Part shown: one piece after another, positions 21,088 through 31,029 of the stretch
Position numbering within the stretch: the stretch's first letter is position 1
Layout: every line of letters starts with the position of its first letter
Assembly (NCBI GenBank): GCA_965217115.1
Contig: OZ244239.1
Location: forward strand, 384,001-448,000
DNA length: 64,000 nucleotides
Direction of reading: 5' to 3'
Source: Bdellovibrionales bacterium
GTDB taxonomy: Bacteria > Bdellovibrionota > Bdellovibrionia > Bdellovibrionales > CAYMLA01
Made by a program: the position numbers and the translations under genes
The notes under the pieces: model-generated
The model's input: the letters and a program-made list of their open reading frames with translations, nothing else
Databases searched by the model: none
What the model was told of the DNA's origin: nothing

Positions 21088-21464
21088 AAATCACGCTTTA
21101 TCCAACATTGAATGAAGTTTTATCTCTTCACAAAAAGCTCATAGAACTTTTTGGAGGGCCATCTGGAGTTAGGGACCTAGGGCTCCTTGAAAGTGCGTTG
21201 ATGAGGCCTCAAACAGGTCACTATGGGTCTCTTTCCCTTGAAGCAGCGGCCTTAATCCAAAGTCTTTGTCAAAATCACTGTTTTATTGATGGAAATAAGA
21301 GGGTCGCTTTTGCAACGACAGCTATTTTTTTAAGGATGAATGGTTACCGTTTAAAGAGCGCTCCAGCTAGCGGCGAAAGATTCATTATCGATGAAGTTAT
21401 AGAAAACAATGTTTCTATTGAAGTCATTGCAGATTGGCTTGAAAAACATATGATCGAAGTTTGA
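21084..21464 (+). CDS. doc: Doc/Fic family toxin
   Basis: GVRDLGLLESAL and HCFIDGNKR motifs. Confidence 0.9.
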   Translation: MKITLYPTLNEVLSLHKKLIELFGGPSGVRDLGLLESALMRPQTGHYGSLSLEAAALIQSLCQNHCFIDGNKRVAFATTAIFLRMNGYRLKSAPASGERFIIDEVIENNVSIEVIADWLEKHMIEV

Positions 21465-21701
21465 TCCCATATTGTTGGGATTATTTTTTTGAGTCATTTA
21501 AAACTTCATTCTCTGCTTTTTTGAAATATCCGAAAACTGATTCCACGTCGCCAAATAAAGCAGCTTCTACACTTTGACCACGTAACCCACGCCCAATTAT
21601 ACACTTTTCATCAAGGGTTTCAATTTTATTGGGAACATTAGCTATTGACTGTTTAATTTATATCGCTCTTGGCGACTCACCATACTAAGTCAGGCAGGCA
21701 A

Positions 21702-22808
21702 TCAGACAAATTTATTGAATATTCCGCCCGTTTTAGAGGATTTTGATGGGGGTGGTTCAGTGGTGTTTTTTTCTGCCAACTTCTTTAGGAGTTCTTCCTC
21801 TTCCTTTGAAATCCGATGGGGGATTTTCACCTCGATTTGACAAAACAAGTTCCCCTGACTTTTTCCTTGGAGCGTCGGCAATCCCGCCTTTAGAATTTTC
21901 AAGGTCTGTCCCGGCTGAGTTCCACGGGGAATTTTTAAAGTTTCAACTCCCTGCACATTTTCCACTTCAACGCTGCCCCCTAAAATCGCCTGTAGATAGG
22001 AGATGGAAACGGTTGTTAACAAATGCTCTCCCTCCCGTTCAAATCTCCTGTCCTCTTGGACAATGATTTCCACATAGAGATCTCCATCGGGACCGCCGTG
22101 CAATCCGCCCTCTCCTTCACCATTGACGCGCAACCTTGTTCCCGTGCTAACGCCCTTGGGGATATTGACTTTGATTTTCTTCGGGAGTTTCTCCCGCCCC
22201 TGTCCATGGCAGCTACGGCAGGGCTGTTTGATCTTCTTGCCCTTCCCGTGGCAGCTTGAACAAGTGCTGGCCATGGAGAAAAAACCCTGGGCTCTAACGA
22301 CCTGACCCGATCCTCCGCAGGTGGAGCAGGTCTCTGGTTTTGTGCCTCTCTTAGCTCCACTGCCATCACATTTTTGACATTCCCCATCGGTTTCAAATTC
22401 AATATTCTGTTCGACGCCCTCTAAAACTTCGCTGAGACTTATCTCTGTGCGGTAGCGCAGGTCTGCCCCTTTGCGGGGACCCGTAGAGCGGTGACTGGAG
22501 GAACCCCCTCCAAAAAAATCACCAAAAATATCTCCAAAGCTGGAAAAAATATCTTCGTGACTGCTAAATCCCTGGCTCTGCCCACTCACACCTGCATGGC
22601 CGTATTGATTGTACCTCTGCCTCTTCTGATCATCGCTTAAAATCTCATAGGCCTCCGCGGCTTCACGGAATTTTTCTTCCGCCCCTTGATCGTCAGGATT
22701 TTTATCCGGATGATGCTCCATCGCCAACTTGCGATAGGCTTTTTTAATGGCGCCCTTCTCCGCATCTTGGGAGACCCCTAAAACTTCGTAATAATCACGC
22801 TTGGACAT
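21702..22808 (-). CDS. dnaJ: Chaperone DnaJ
   Basis: HPD motif, G/F region, four CxxCxGxG. Confidence 0.97.
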   Translation of the reverse strand: MSKRDYYEVLGVSQDAEKGAIKKAYRKLAMEHHPDKNPDDQGAEEKFREAAEAYEILSDDQKRQRYNQYGHAGVSGQSQGFSSHEDIFSSFGDIFGDFFGGGSSSHRSTGPRKGADLRYRTEISLSEVLEGVEQNIEFETDGECQKCDGSGAKRGTKPETCSTCGGSGQVVRAQGFFSMASTCSSCHGKGKKIKQPCRSCHGQGREKLPKKIKVNIPKGVSTGTRLRVNGEGEGGLHGGPDGDLYVEIIVQEDRRFEREGEHLLTTVSISYLQAILGGSVEVENVQGVETLKIPRGTQPGQTLKILKAGLPTLQGKSQGNLFCQIEVKIPHRISKEEEELLKKLAEKNTTEPPPSKSSKTGGIFNKFV

Positions 22809-22859
22809 TTAAATTCACCTTGTTTTTCCCATTTTAATAAACTCGTTGGAATCTAAAGG

Positions 22860-23501
22860 TCAAGGATGTTTAATTCTCTGGCGAACTTTCTTAACGATTT
22901 CAGGATCGTACCCCTCTTTTTCCAGATTTTCCGCCATCGCCTCTCCCAGTTCGGCCTTTCCCGCCTTGGTGTAGAGCCTTGAAGCCAGGGAGAACACCCA
23001 CTTTGGGGCCCCGTGAAGCCCTGCATTCTTTAACAACTGGGCCGCCTTTAATTCATTGGGGCGTTCATAAATATAGTAGTAGGCCGCCTTGTAGGATAAA
23101 TGCCAGTCGTGGGGGAAGTTCGCAATGGCTTTTTCATAGAGCCGCCCCGATCCCTCTTGGTCATCGAGGATGATGGAGAGATACACTGTCCCCAAACTGT
23201 AGATACTCCGGTAATTGGGCAGGAGGTCCGTCGCCTTATCCATCATATGAAAGGCCCACTGGTTGAGACACCCCGCTGTTTTTTTATGGCTTTTCTTTTC
23301 GCAGTAATCCAGATCTTGAATCGTTCTGATCCACATGGTGTGGGCGGCCACTTCTCTATACCCAAAGACGGCGTGTTCTAAAAAATCCGGGGGTTTTACA
23401 AACAGAGGTTCCAGGTTTCTCCGTTGGGTGCTGGCCTCGTGACTTTGAAAAATCGCAAAGCCACCCATTAAGAAAAAAACAAGCCCCTTGATCATCACCA
23501 C
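22860..23501 (-). CDS. Pilus-cluster hypothetical protein (TPR-like, N-terminal hydrophobic segment)
   Basis: Helical TPR-like pattern (LYEKAIANFPHDW); overlaps the pilin stop. Confidence 0.65.
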   Translation of the reverse strand: MVMIKGLVFFLMGGFAIFQSHEASTQRRNLEPLFVKPPDFLEHAVFGYREVAAHTMWIRTIQDLDYCEKKSHKKTAGCLNQWAFHMMDKATDLLPNYRSIYSLGTVYLSIILDDQEGSGRLYEKAIANFPHDWHLSYKAAYYYIYERPNELKAAQLLKNAGLHGAPKWVFSLASRLYTKAGKAELGEAMAENLEKEGYDPEIVKKVRQRIKHP

Positions 23502-24079
23502 TTCTTACCCCAGATGGATGGGTTGGTGTCATTTGCCAAAACATTGCGCTCGTTGATACTCCAGACATCGTCCATCCCCTCACTATCCACGTTCCCCGCC
23601 GCCTTGGCAACAAAGGTTCCCGAACTCCACGTGGCATCGTTGAGCGCCCCCGCAAAAAAGAAATCCTCAGTGCAGCTGATAAATCGAGTGCCACAACCTG
23701 ATGTGCTGATGTGGGTCTCTGTGACCTCCCTCAATTCTGTGGAACTCACGGCCACGGGAACCGCAGGAGCCCCCACCGAGCCTGAAAAACCCAGGCGATA
23801 ACGGAGCTTCCCAAGTGGTTCATAGCCAATCGCTTTAAAATTTCCGTGGTAAACCCCGTGCTCTTGAACAAAAGACTTCATCCCCACGTAGACACCCCCC
23901 AAACCAGCCTTGGCTTCAGTCTGCCTCGCTTTGACGATGTAGCGGGTGTATGTGGGCAGGGCCACGGCCGACAACACACCGATGATCGCCACCACGGCCA
24001 TCAATTCAAGGAGGGAGAACCCCGCTTCTGATGGGGTTCCTGTTGTCCCTTTCCATTTTTCCATGATTTCAGCGGTCAT
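23495..24079 (-). CDS. Type IV pilin (copy 3)
   Basis: G|FSLLELMAVVAIIGVL prepilin motif; start at 24079 or 24064. Confidence 0.9.
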   Translation of the reverse strand: MTAEIMEKWKGTTGTPSEAGFSLLELMAVVAIIGVLSAVALPTYTRYIVKARQTEAKAGLGGVYVGMKSFVQEHGVYHGNFKAIGYEPLGKLRYRLGFSGSVGAPAVPVAVSSTELREVTETHISTSGCGTRFISCTEDFFFAGALNDATWSSGTFVAKAAGNVDSEGMDDVWSINERNVLANDTNPSIWGKKW

Positions 24080-24164
24080 CTCCTCACCCTTCTTCCATTC
24101 ATTGCAAAACGGCAGTGATGATGGCTCTAATGACAAACAATATCTCTCCATTGGAGGCCCGCCC

Positions 24165-24240
24165 CGTGACTTTGAAAAATCGCAAAGCCACCCATTAAGA
24201 AAAAAAACAAGCCCCTTGATCATCACCACTTCCTACCCCA
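24165..24240 (-). pseudogene. Frameshifted duplicate of the 5' end of 22860..23501
   Basis: Near-identical to about 23438..23512, with T8 instead of T7. Confidence 0.8.
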
Positions 24241-24276
24241 GGTTACACCAGATTTTACACCAGATTTCATACCAGA

Positions 24277-24873
24277 TTATAGATTACTGGAGTCATTTGC
24301 CAGAACATTGCGCTCGTTGATGCTCCAGACATCCTCCACCCCCTCACTATCCACGTTCCCCGCCGCCTTGGTAACAAAGGTCTCTGAACTCCACGTGGCA
24401 TCGCTGATCACCCCCGCAAAAAAGGCCTCCTCAGTGCAGCTGGTGAACCGAGTGCCACAACCTGATGTGCTGATGTAGGTCGCTGTGATCTCCCTCAATT
24501 CTGTGGAACTCAGGGCCACGGGAATCACGGGAGCCCCCACCGAGCCTGAAAAACCCAGGCGGTAACGGAGCTGCCCATCTGGTTCATAGCCAATCGCTTT
24601 AAAGTTTCCGTGGTAAACCCCGTGCTCTTTAATAAAAGCCTTCATCGCCACGTAGACACTCCCCAAACCAGCCTTGGCTTCAGTCTGCCTCGCTTTGGCG
24701 ATGTAGCGGGTGTATGTGGGCAGGGCCACGGCCGTCAACACACCGATGATCGCCACCACGATCATCAACTCAACCAGAGAGAATCCCGCTTCTGATGGCG
24801 GCTCTGATGACGGCTTTGATGGCAGCATTGCCCCTTTCCATTTTTCCATGATTTCAACGATCATCTTCTCCAC
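24277..24873 (-). CDS. Type IV pilin (copy 2)
   Basis: G|FSLVELMIVVAIIGVL; close paralogue of copy 3; start uncertain. Confidence 0.9.
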   Translation of the reverse strand: MEKMIVEIMEKWKGAMLPSKPSSEPPSEAGFSLVELMIVVAIIGVLTAVALPTYTRYIAKARQTEAKAGLGSVYVAMKAFIKEHGVYHGNFKAIGYEPDGQLRYRLGFSGSVGAPVIPVALSSTELREITATYISTSGCGTRFTSCTEEAFFAGVISDATWSSETFVTKAAGNVDSEGVEDVWSINERNVLANDSSNL

Positions 24874-24997
24874 CTTCTCCCTTCATTGCAAAACGACGGT
24901 GATGATTCCAATGATAAACGGTGATCCCGGGGAAGTTCAAACCTATAAGCCCAACGGCCCATGGGATCAGGCCTTTCGTCCCTTTTGACTCACCCAC

Positions 24998-25040
24998 AAA
25001 AAAAATCCCCTTGGCCGTCTTAAAACATCCAAGGGGAAAA
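24998..25040 (-). terminator. Intrinsic terminator after pilA
   Basis: tccccttgg...ccaagggga hairpin with T8 on the minus strand. Confidence 0.75.
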
Positions 25041-25081
25041 CATCACATTCAAAATTTAAGGGTTATACTAGCAAATCAACC

Positions 25082-25657
25082 CTATAAATCTGACGAAGGA
25101 CTGGACAAGACTTTAACATGGGACATTGTCCAGGTGTCAGTAGCATCATCACTATCAATATTACCCGTCGCTTCTACAAGGAATTCGTCACCGGCAGCGG
25201 AATTAGTCCATCCACTACTAACCCCGGTAACCGAGCCAAAATTACTATCAACATTTGTGTCTACAGTATCGGTGCAGTTGGTGTAACTAGTACCACAACC
25301 TACCGAACTTATACTTTCAGCAGTGTCACCATCTTTATGAGTGTCAGGTATTGGTAAAGTAGAGTCAGCACCAGCCGCAAAACCAATTCTATATTTCAAT
25401 TGTCCTTCAGGCTCAAAACCAATGGCTTTAAAGTTTCCATGGTAATTTTGATACTCAGCATGGAACGCCTTCATGCCTGTGTAAACAGCACCCAGATTCG
25501 CTTTTGCTTCCGACTGTTTTGCTTTGGCCACAAACTTTGTGTACTGAGGGACAGCCACGGCTGCCAAGACACCGATAATAGCCACCACGACCATCAACTC
25601 CACCAGTGAGAAACCAGACTCATTTGTTAATTTTTGTTTTCCTTGATTTAATTTCAT
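25082..25657 (-). CDS. pilA: Major type IV pilin
   Basis: G|FSLVELMVVVAIIGVLAAVAVPQY; AGGAG RBS; own terminator. Confidence 0.9.
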   Translation of the reverse strand: MKLNQGKQKLTNESGFSLVELMVVVAIIGVLAAVAVPQYTKFVAKAKQSEAKANLGAVYTGMKAFHAEYQNYHGNFKAIGFEPEGQLKYRIGFAAGADSTLPIPDTHKDGDTAESISSVGCGTSYTNCTDTVDTNVDSNFGSVTGVSSGWTNSAAGDEFLVEATGNIDSDDATDTWTMSHVKVLSSPSSDL

Positions 25658-25803
25658 AATAACTCTCCTTGAACATCTCTGTTCTTTAAAATTAATCTTA
25701 AACTGCATTTTTAACTTATAAAGACAGTCTAAAAAATAAAACTCCCCTATAAATCTAACATAATTTATTGCAAATAACCAAAAAATCTTTATAATAGTCC
25801 TCT

Positions 25804-26193
25804 ATGGATCACATTGAAACAATACCTTGGTCCTGCCCCGTTTATTTAACTCAGTTTGAGACAGAGCCAGAGACTCAAAATCCCATTGCAGAAGATCAGA
25901 GAGATCAGTCGAAGAATTATCGCCCCAGGAAATACCAAGTCTTTCTTCTCAATGATGATTACACACCCATGGATTTTGTCGTTATCATCCTCCAACAGGT
26001 CTTTTCTAAAACCCTCGAAGAAGCCCAGGTTATTATGCTCTCTGTTCACCACCGAAAAAAGGGGTTGGCGGGCATCTACAGCAGAGAGGTGGCCGAGACA
26101 AAAATAAACAAGGTCCATCAAGCGGCCCGGGAAAACCTGTTTCCCCTCACCTGCTCCATGGAAGTCAACGACGACACGGGGGGAACCCAATGA
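25804..26193 (+). CDS. clpS: ClpS adaptor
   Basis: LLNDDYTPMDFV motif. Confidence 0.95.
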   Translation: MDHIETIPWSCPVYLTQFETEPETQNPIAEDQRDQSKNYRPRKYQVFLLNDDYTPMDFVVIILQQVFSKTLEEAQVIMLSVHHRKKGLAGIYSREVAETKINKVHQAARENLFPLTCSMEVNDDTGGTQ

Positions 26194-28532
26194 ACCTCTC
26201 CCCTGAACTCGAAGGCCAGTTTCAAGACATTCACACACAGGCCCTCCAAACGGGTTGTGAACACATTGGCATTGACCATCTCTTTTTGTGCATTCTCAAA
26301 ACCCCCGAAGGACAGAAAACACTCAGCGCCCTCGGCACTCACACCGCCGACCTAGAAAAAAAAATCACAGCCTATCTCCAGGAAAATTCCCCTTCTAGTG
26401 ACACCCCCGGTGAATCCCTTGACGAAGAACTCTTCCCTGAGTGGACTCTGGCCAGCCAGAGAGTTCTGGAACAGGCGGGCCTCCAAGCCCTGAGCTCGGG
26501 AAGAAAAGAAATCTCCCCAGGCCATCTCCTCGTCGCCCTCTTTGAAGAAGACGAGTCCCAGGGTCTCTATCTTCTGAGTCAGCAGGGAATTAGCCAGTTT
26601 GATGTTATCTCCTACATCTCCCACGGAGAGCCATCGGAGGTCACACCCAGCACCCCATCAAAGACGAACCCCCTGGAAGCCTACACCACTGACCTCAACG
26701 GGAAAGCCCAACAGGGCCTTGTCACCCCCCTCATCGGACGGGGCCGAGAGTTCAAACGTCTCGAACAAATTCTAGCTCGACGGACTAAGAACCACCCCCT
26801 TTTGATCGGAGAACCGGGAGTTGGTAAGACGGCGCTTATCGAGGGCTTGGCTCTAAAGATCGTGGAAAAACAAACCTCCCCCCATCTCCGGGGAACGGTG
26901 ATCTACTCCCTTGATATGGGCGCACTCTTGGCTGGTTCTAAGTATCGTGGGGATTTTGAACAGAGGTTTAAATCTTTAATCCAAGGGTTGGAGGAACAAC
27001 ACCCGGCCATTCTCTTTGTCGATGAGATCCACACCATCTCAGGGGCAGGGGCCACGGGTTCTGGCACCAGCGATGCCAGTCAGTTGATAAAACCGCTGCT
27101 CACAAATGGCAGAGTTCGGGTCATCGGTGCAACAACACATAAAGAGTACCGCAGTCACATTGAAAAAGATCAGGCCCTGGCCAGAAGATTTCAAACCTTG
27201 GACATCGCCGAACCGTCGGAGCAAGAGACGTTGGAAATCCTCATAGGAGTGCAAGATAAGTTTGCAGATCATCATCAGGTCAAATACTCCCTGAACTCCC
27301 TGAAAAAAGCCGTGGAACTCTCCAAGAAATACATCAACGACAAACGTCTTCCCGATAAAGCCATCGATGTGATCGACGAGGCCGGCGCCCATGCCAAATT
27401 AGCCCAACCCCAGGAAGTGAAGACGTCTGTTAAAACGTCTACTAAAACGTCTATTAAGACCTCTGTTAAGACACCTATGAAGACCACCATCAAAACCTCC
27501 CACATCTCCAAGGTCGTCTCCGAAATGGTGCGCATTCCCCTTGAGTCCATCTCATCGGATGATCGTCAACTCTTGAGCCGCCTTGAAGGCCAACTCAAGT
27601 CTGTGATCTTCGGACAAGACAAAGCCGTCGATCATGTGTGCGCCGCCATTAAAATGTCACGCAGTGGACTCTCCCGCGAAGAAAAACCCGTGGGGAGTTA
27701 TCTCTTTGCAGGGCCGACAGGAGTTGGTAAAACCGAAGTCTGTAAACAGCTCGCCCACTTCCTAGGAACCACGTTTCTGCGTTTTGATATGAGTGAGTAC
27801 ATGGAGAAACACTCTGTCTCCAAACTCGTCGGCGCCCCTCCGGGGTATGTCGGTTTTGACGACGGCGGCCAACTCACCGAAGCCATCAATAAAAACCCCT
27901 ATTGCGTTCTTCTATTGGATGAAATCGAAAAGGCCCACCCCGATCTTATCTCCATTCTCTTACAAGTTATGGACAGTGGTCGATTGACAGACTCCAATGG
28001 CCGCACCACCGATTTTCGCAACTCCATCTTAATCATGACCACCAATGCAGGGGCCATGGATCGTTCACAAAACATCGGCATCATCCCTGAATCCAATAAA
28101 GGCATCTCTTTGGCCGCCATCAAGAAGACCTTCACCCCCGAATTTCGCAATCGCCTGGATGCTGTCATCACCTTTGATGAACTCAGTGAAGATATTATCC
28201 TCGATGTGATTGAAAAGTTCTTGCAAGAACTCTCCCTCCAACTCAAAAAGAAAAAAGTCCAACTCTCCTACACCGACGAAGTCAAAAAATACCTCCTAAA
28301 AAAAGGCTACGACCCCGCCTACGGAGCAAGACCCCTGGAGAGAACCATCAATGACACCGTAAAACAACCCCTCGTAGACGAACTCCTCTTCGGAAAACTC
28401 ACCCAAGGCGGCAAAGTCCACCTCAATGTCACAGACAAACCCACAGACACACCCACAGACACACCCACAGACACCCCCACAGACACCCCCACAGACACAC
28501 CCACTAAAGAACTCACCTTCCTTTTCTCATAA
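26190..28532 (+). CDS. clpA: ATP-dependent Clp protease ATPase ClpA
   Basis: Two AAA+ modules (GEPGVGKT, GPTGVGKT), no M-domain, follows clpS. Confidence 0.95.
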   Translation: MNLSPELEGQFQDIHTQALQTGCEHIGIDHLFLCILKTPEGQKTLSALGTHTADLEKKITAYLQENSPSSDTPGESLDEELFPEWTLASQRVLEQAGLQALSSGRKEISPGHLLVALFEEDESQGLYLLSQQGISQFDVISYISHGEPSEVTPSTPSKTNPLEAYTTDLNGKAQQGLVTPLIGRGREFKRLEQILARRTKNHPLLIGEPGVGKTALIEGLALKIVEKQTSPHLRGTVIYSLDMGALLAGSKYRGDFEQRFKSLIQGLEEQHPAILFVDEIHTISGAGATGSGTSDASQLIKPLLTNGRVRVIGATTHKEYRSHIEKDQALARRFQTLDIAEPSEQETLEILIGVQDKFADHHQVKYSLNSLKKAVELSKKYINDKRLPDKAIDVIDEAGAHAKLAQPQEVKTSVKTSTKTSIKTSVKTPMKTTIKTSHISKVVSEMVRIPLESISSDDRQLLSRLEGQLKSVIFGQDKAVDHVCAAIKMSRSGLSREEKPVGSYLFAGPTGVGKTEVCKQLAHFLGTTFLRFDMSEYMEKHSVSKLVGAPPGYVGFDDGGQLTEAINKNPYCVLLLDEIEKAHPDLISILLQVMDSGRLTDSNGRTTDFRNSILIMTTNAGAMDRSQNIGIIPESNKGISLAAIKKTFTPEFRNRLDAVITFDELSEDIILDVIEKFLQELSLQLKKKKVQLSYTDEVKKYLLKKGYDPAYGARPLERTINDTVKQPLVDELLFGKLTQGGKVHLNVTDKPTDTPTDTPTDTPTDTPTDTPTKELTFLFS

Positions 28533-28712
28533 CCCCTTTTCCCAATAAGCCCTTTCTTTTTTTTTCTTTTCTTTTTTTTCCTTTTTTTTTCTTTCTTTCT
28601 TTTTCTTTTTTTCCTTTCTTTCTTTTTTTTCCTTTCCTTACTTACTTACTTTTTCCTTTTTCCCTTTTCCCTTTTCCCTTTTTTTTCCTTTCCCCTTTTT
28701 TTTCTCCTCACA
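28533..28712. repeat. Polypyrimidine low-complexity tract
   Basis: Almost only T and C on the plus strand. Confidence 0.9.
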
Positions 28713-28721
28713 CCCCCAAAA

Positions 28722-28856
28722 AACCCGTCGCCTGGGGGGAGGGGCTCTTTACTTTCACGCGCAGTTCTTTCGGTGCGATGCTCGCAAAGCGAGCGCCGCA
28801 GCCGCAAGCATGTCTGAGCATGAAAGCAAAGAGCCCCTCCCCCCAGCCGACAGGTT
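28722..28856 (-). repeat. Long hairpin element, stem type A
   Basis: 39-bp inverted repeat (4 mismatches) around gcgcagttc...gctcgc-aaa-gcgagc...atgtctgagc. Confidence 0.9.
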
Positions 28857-28883
28857 CACCAACGTGAGCATAAAAGCCCCCCA

Positions 28884-29546
28884 TCATGTTTGAGTAAAAA
28901 AAAACCCCAACTTAACCCCATCTTGCTCCCAAACACACCCGCATCCCAGTTGCCCCAAGGAGCTTTGGAGAGATTGTGATTCTCTAGATTGTGATTTTCC
29001 AGATTGTGATTTCCCAGATTGTAAGTCCACAGACTGCAGGCGAAACATCTCTAGCCCGCCACTTAATCTATCGTTCATCTCCCAGTCGCCCACCTCTATT
29101 TGTGAGAGAACTCTGATATCATAGATCGAAGAGATCGCCTTGTAGGTTGACTCTTTTGCCACCCATAGGGAACTGGCTGAAGGGGCCTCTCTGTGTTCTT
29201 TCTGCGAGTGGACGACCCTCTCTATATGTGAAGACTTCACTCTCCCTGTCTCCTCCATATCAAAACCCATCAACCCATCACCTTGATGACAGGCGTACCC
29301 CCCGGCTTTTTTACAATGGGACACCGATATTTGAAACCCCTCCACTCTAGGTCTCATGTTTAAATCCAAAAGTTCCTCTTCCCTTCTCTTATCCAGAGAA
29401 GACAACCCCGCTGTCTTGTTGATGTGACGCAGAATTCCCCCACGAATAAGGGAGCGGTGATTTTCACAATCGCTCGCCCACTTAGAGAGCACTTCAAAAT
29501 AAAGACCTGGAAGATCTAGGGCTTCACTGATTTTTTCTATCTTCAT
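28884..29546 (-). CDS. 4'-phosphopantetheinyl transferase (Sfp/EntD-like)
   Basis: ISVSH, GFDME, WVAKESTYKA motifs. Confidence 0.8.
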   Translation of the reverse strand: MKIEKISEALDLPGLYFEVLSKWASDCENHRSLIRGGILRHINKTAGLSSLDKRREEELLDLNMRPRVEGFQISVSHCKKAGGYACHQGDGLMGFDMEETGRVKSSHIERVVHSQKEHREAPSASSLWVAKESTYKAISSIYDIRVLSQIEVGDWEMNDRLSGGLEMFRLQSVDLQSGKSQSGKSQSRESQSLQSSLGQLGCGCVWEQDGVKLGFFFTQT

Positions 29547-31026
29547 TGGACACTCTCATCTCTTTAATGGCCTGATAAAAATCTTGGGCCAATTTATCTT
29601 GCGCAAAATGCTTGCCCTCTTTGGCGACCACACGTCCACGACTTAAAACCTTGGAGTGAGCACTCCCGTTTAAGGCATAGATCAGCGTTGAGAGTTTATC
29701 ACTATCACTGGACGCATCCATTAGGGGATGATTCACAACCACTCCTGATAACGGTCTTCCTTCACCCGCTGGTGCGTTTAAAACTTGGGCTATCCCCGCC
29801 GCTCTCTCCCCGCCGTTAAAAGCGAATAAAAAAACCTGCTCTCCACTTGAAAACTGTGTCTGCAAATTGTCAGAGCGCATTGGAGGGTTTACAGACGAGC
29901 GCGCCGATAAAACATTTCTCTTCTTATTATTCAACCTCGCCCCATAATCCAACCACCGAAGTTCTTCATAGGGATTCAAACCAATCTGGCTATCAGAACC
30001 CACTGCCCAACTTCCCCGGGCTTTTATATATTCAGAGATCGGAAAAAACCCATCGCCCAAATTCCCCTCCGTCGAAGGACAGAGAATCACATTCACATTT
30101 TTTTCTAAAACCCCATCAAACTCCTCTTTGGTCATGTGGGTGCTGTGAATAAAATTAACGCCGTGGTGGCCGTCATTTAAATGAACTTCGTCCAAAAACC
30201 ACTGGACAGGGCGCTTGCCGTAAAATTCCACGCAATCTTCAACCTCTTTGACCTGCTCAGCAATGTGCAAATGAAACGGTCGGTTCAGACAATGGGAGTA
30301 AATCTTTTTTATGTCTTCCCTATCAGCTGCACGTAGAGAGTGGACACCCATCCCTAAAAAAATCTGCTCCTCTTGATTGATAAGTTTTCCATACCCATCC
30401 ACCAAGTCTAAATACTCGCCCACATCTTCAAATAAAAAACGTCGCTGCTCTTGCAAACCCCTCTGTCCAAAATGACTTTGTTTATAGTAAACAGGAACCA
30501 GGGTCATTCCCATGCCCACTTCTCTGGCGGCCTCTATCAATATCTCTCCCAACAGAGTCGGTGTCCCATAGGGTTTCCCATCCAAGTTTTTATGTAAGTA
30601 ATGGAATTCCACCACATGACTGTAACCAGAACAGAGCATCTGTGAATACAGATAAGCCGCAACGGATTTCAAGGCTTCAGGGGAGATCTTTAATGCCACA
30701 CTGTACATCTTCTCTCGCCAAAACCAAAAATCATCATCCTCTTGATTCATCTTCAGAGAAACACTCTCCGCCAAACCAGCCATTCCATACTGAAAGGCGT
30801 GGGAGTGGGCATTGACTAAGCCCGGAACAAAATGACCTGGGATCGTCTCTTCTTCTTCATAATCCCATGCCGTCACACCCTGGGGATTCTCACTCACAGC
30901 GCAGGTCAACCCCTTCGTGTCTGTCAGAACGTAGTACGGAGAGAACCACCTCTTCTGTGTCACAGAAAAAAAAGCTTCAAACTTCCACTTTTTCTTTTTT
31001 AACACACCTCGAAGCCCCTTTGTCAC
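29524..31026 (-). CDS. hutF: Formimidoylglutamate deiminase
   Basis: NAHSHAFQ, EFHYLH, HSLRA, HIAEQ, CPSTEGNLGDG; start uncertain. Confidence 0.92.
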   Translation of the reverse strand: MTKGLRGVLKKKKWKFEAFFSVTQKRWFSPYYVLTDTKGLTCAVSENPQGVTAWDYEEEETIPGHFVPGLVNAHSHAFQYGMAGLAESVSLKMNQEDDDFWFWREKMYSVALKISPEALKSVAAYLYSQMLCSGYSHVVEFHYLHKNLDGKPYGTPTLLGEILIEAAREVGMGMTLVPVYYKQSHFGQRGLQEQRRFLFEDVGEYLDLVDGYGKLINQEEQIFLGMGVHSLRAADREDIKKIYSHCLNRPFHLHIAEQVKEVEDCVEFYGKRPVQWFLDEVHLNDGHHGVNFIHSTHMTKEEFDGVLEKNVNVILCPSTEGNLGDGFFPISEYIKARGSWAVGSDSQIGLNPYEELRWLDYGARLNNKKRNVLSARSSVNPPMRSDNLQTQFSSGEQVFLFAFNGGERAAGIAQVLNAPAGEGRPLSGVVVNHPLMDASSDSDKLSTLIYALNGSAHSKVLSRGRVVAKEGKHFAQDKLAQDFYQAIKEMRVSNEDRKNQ

Positions 31027-31029
31027 TTG

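Noticed and set aside
24080..24229. N-terminal extension of the 244-aa pilin ORF
   Set aside because: Comes from the frameshifted duplicate of the neighbouring gene start; the prepilin leader begins at 24079 or 24064.
25753..25780. dif/Xer site
   Set aside because: TTATGTTAGAT resembles a XerD arm but there is no XerC-like arm at the right spacing.
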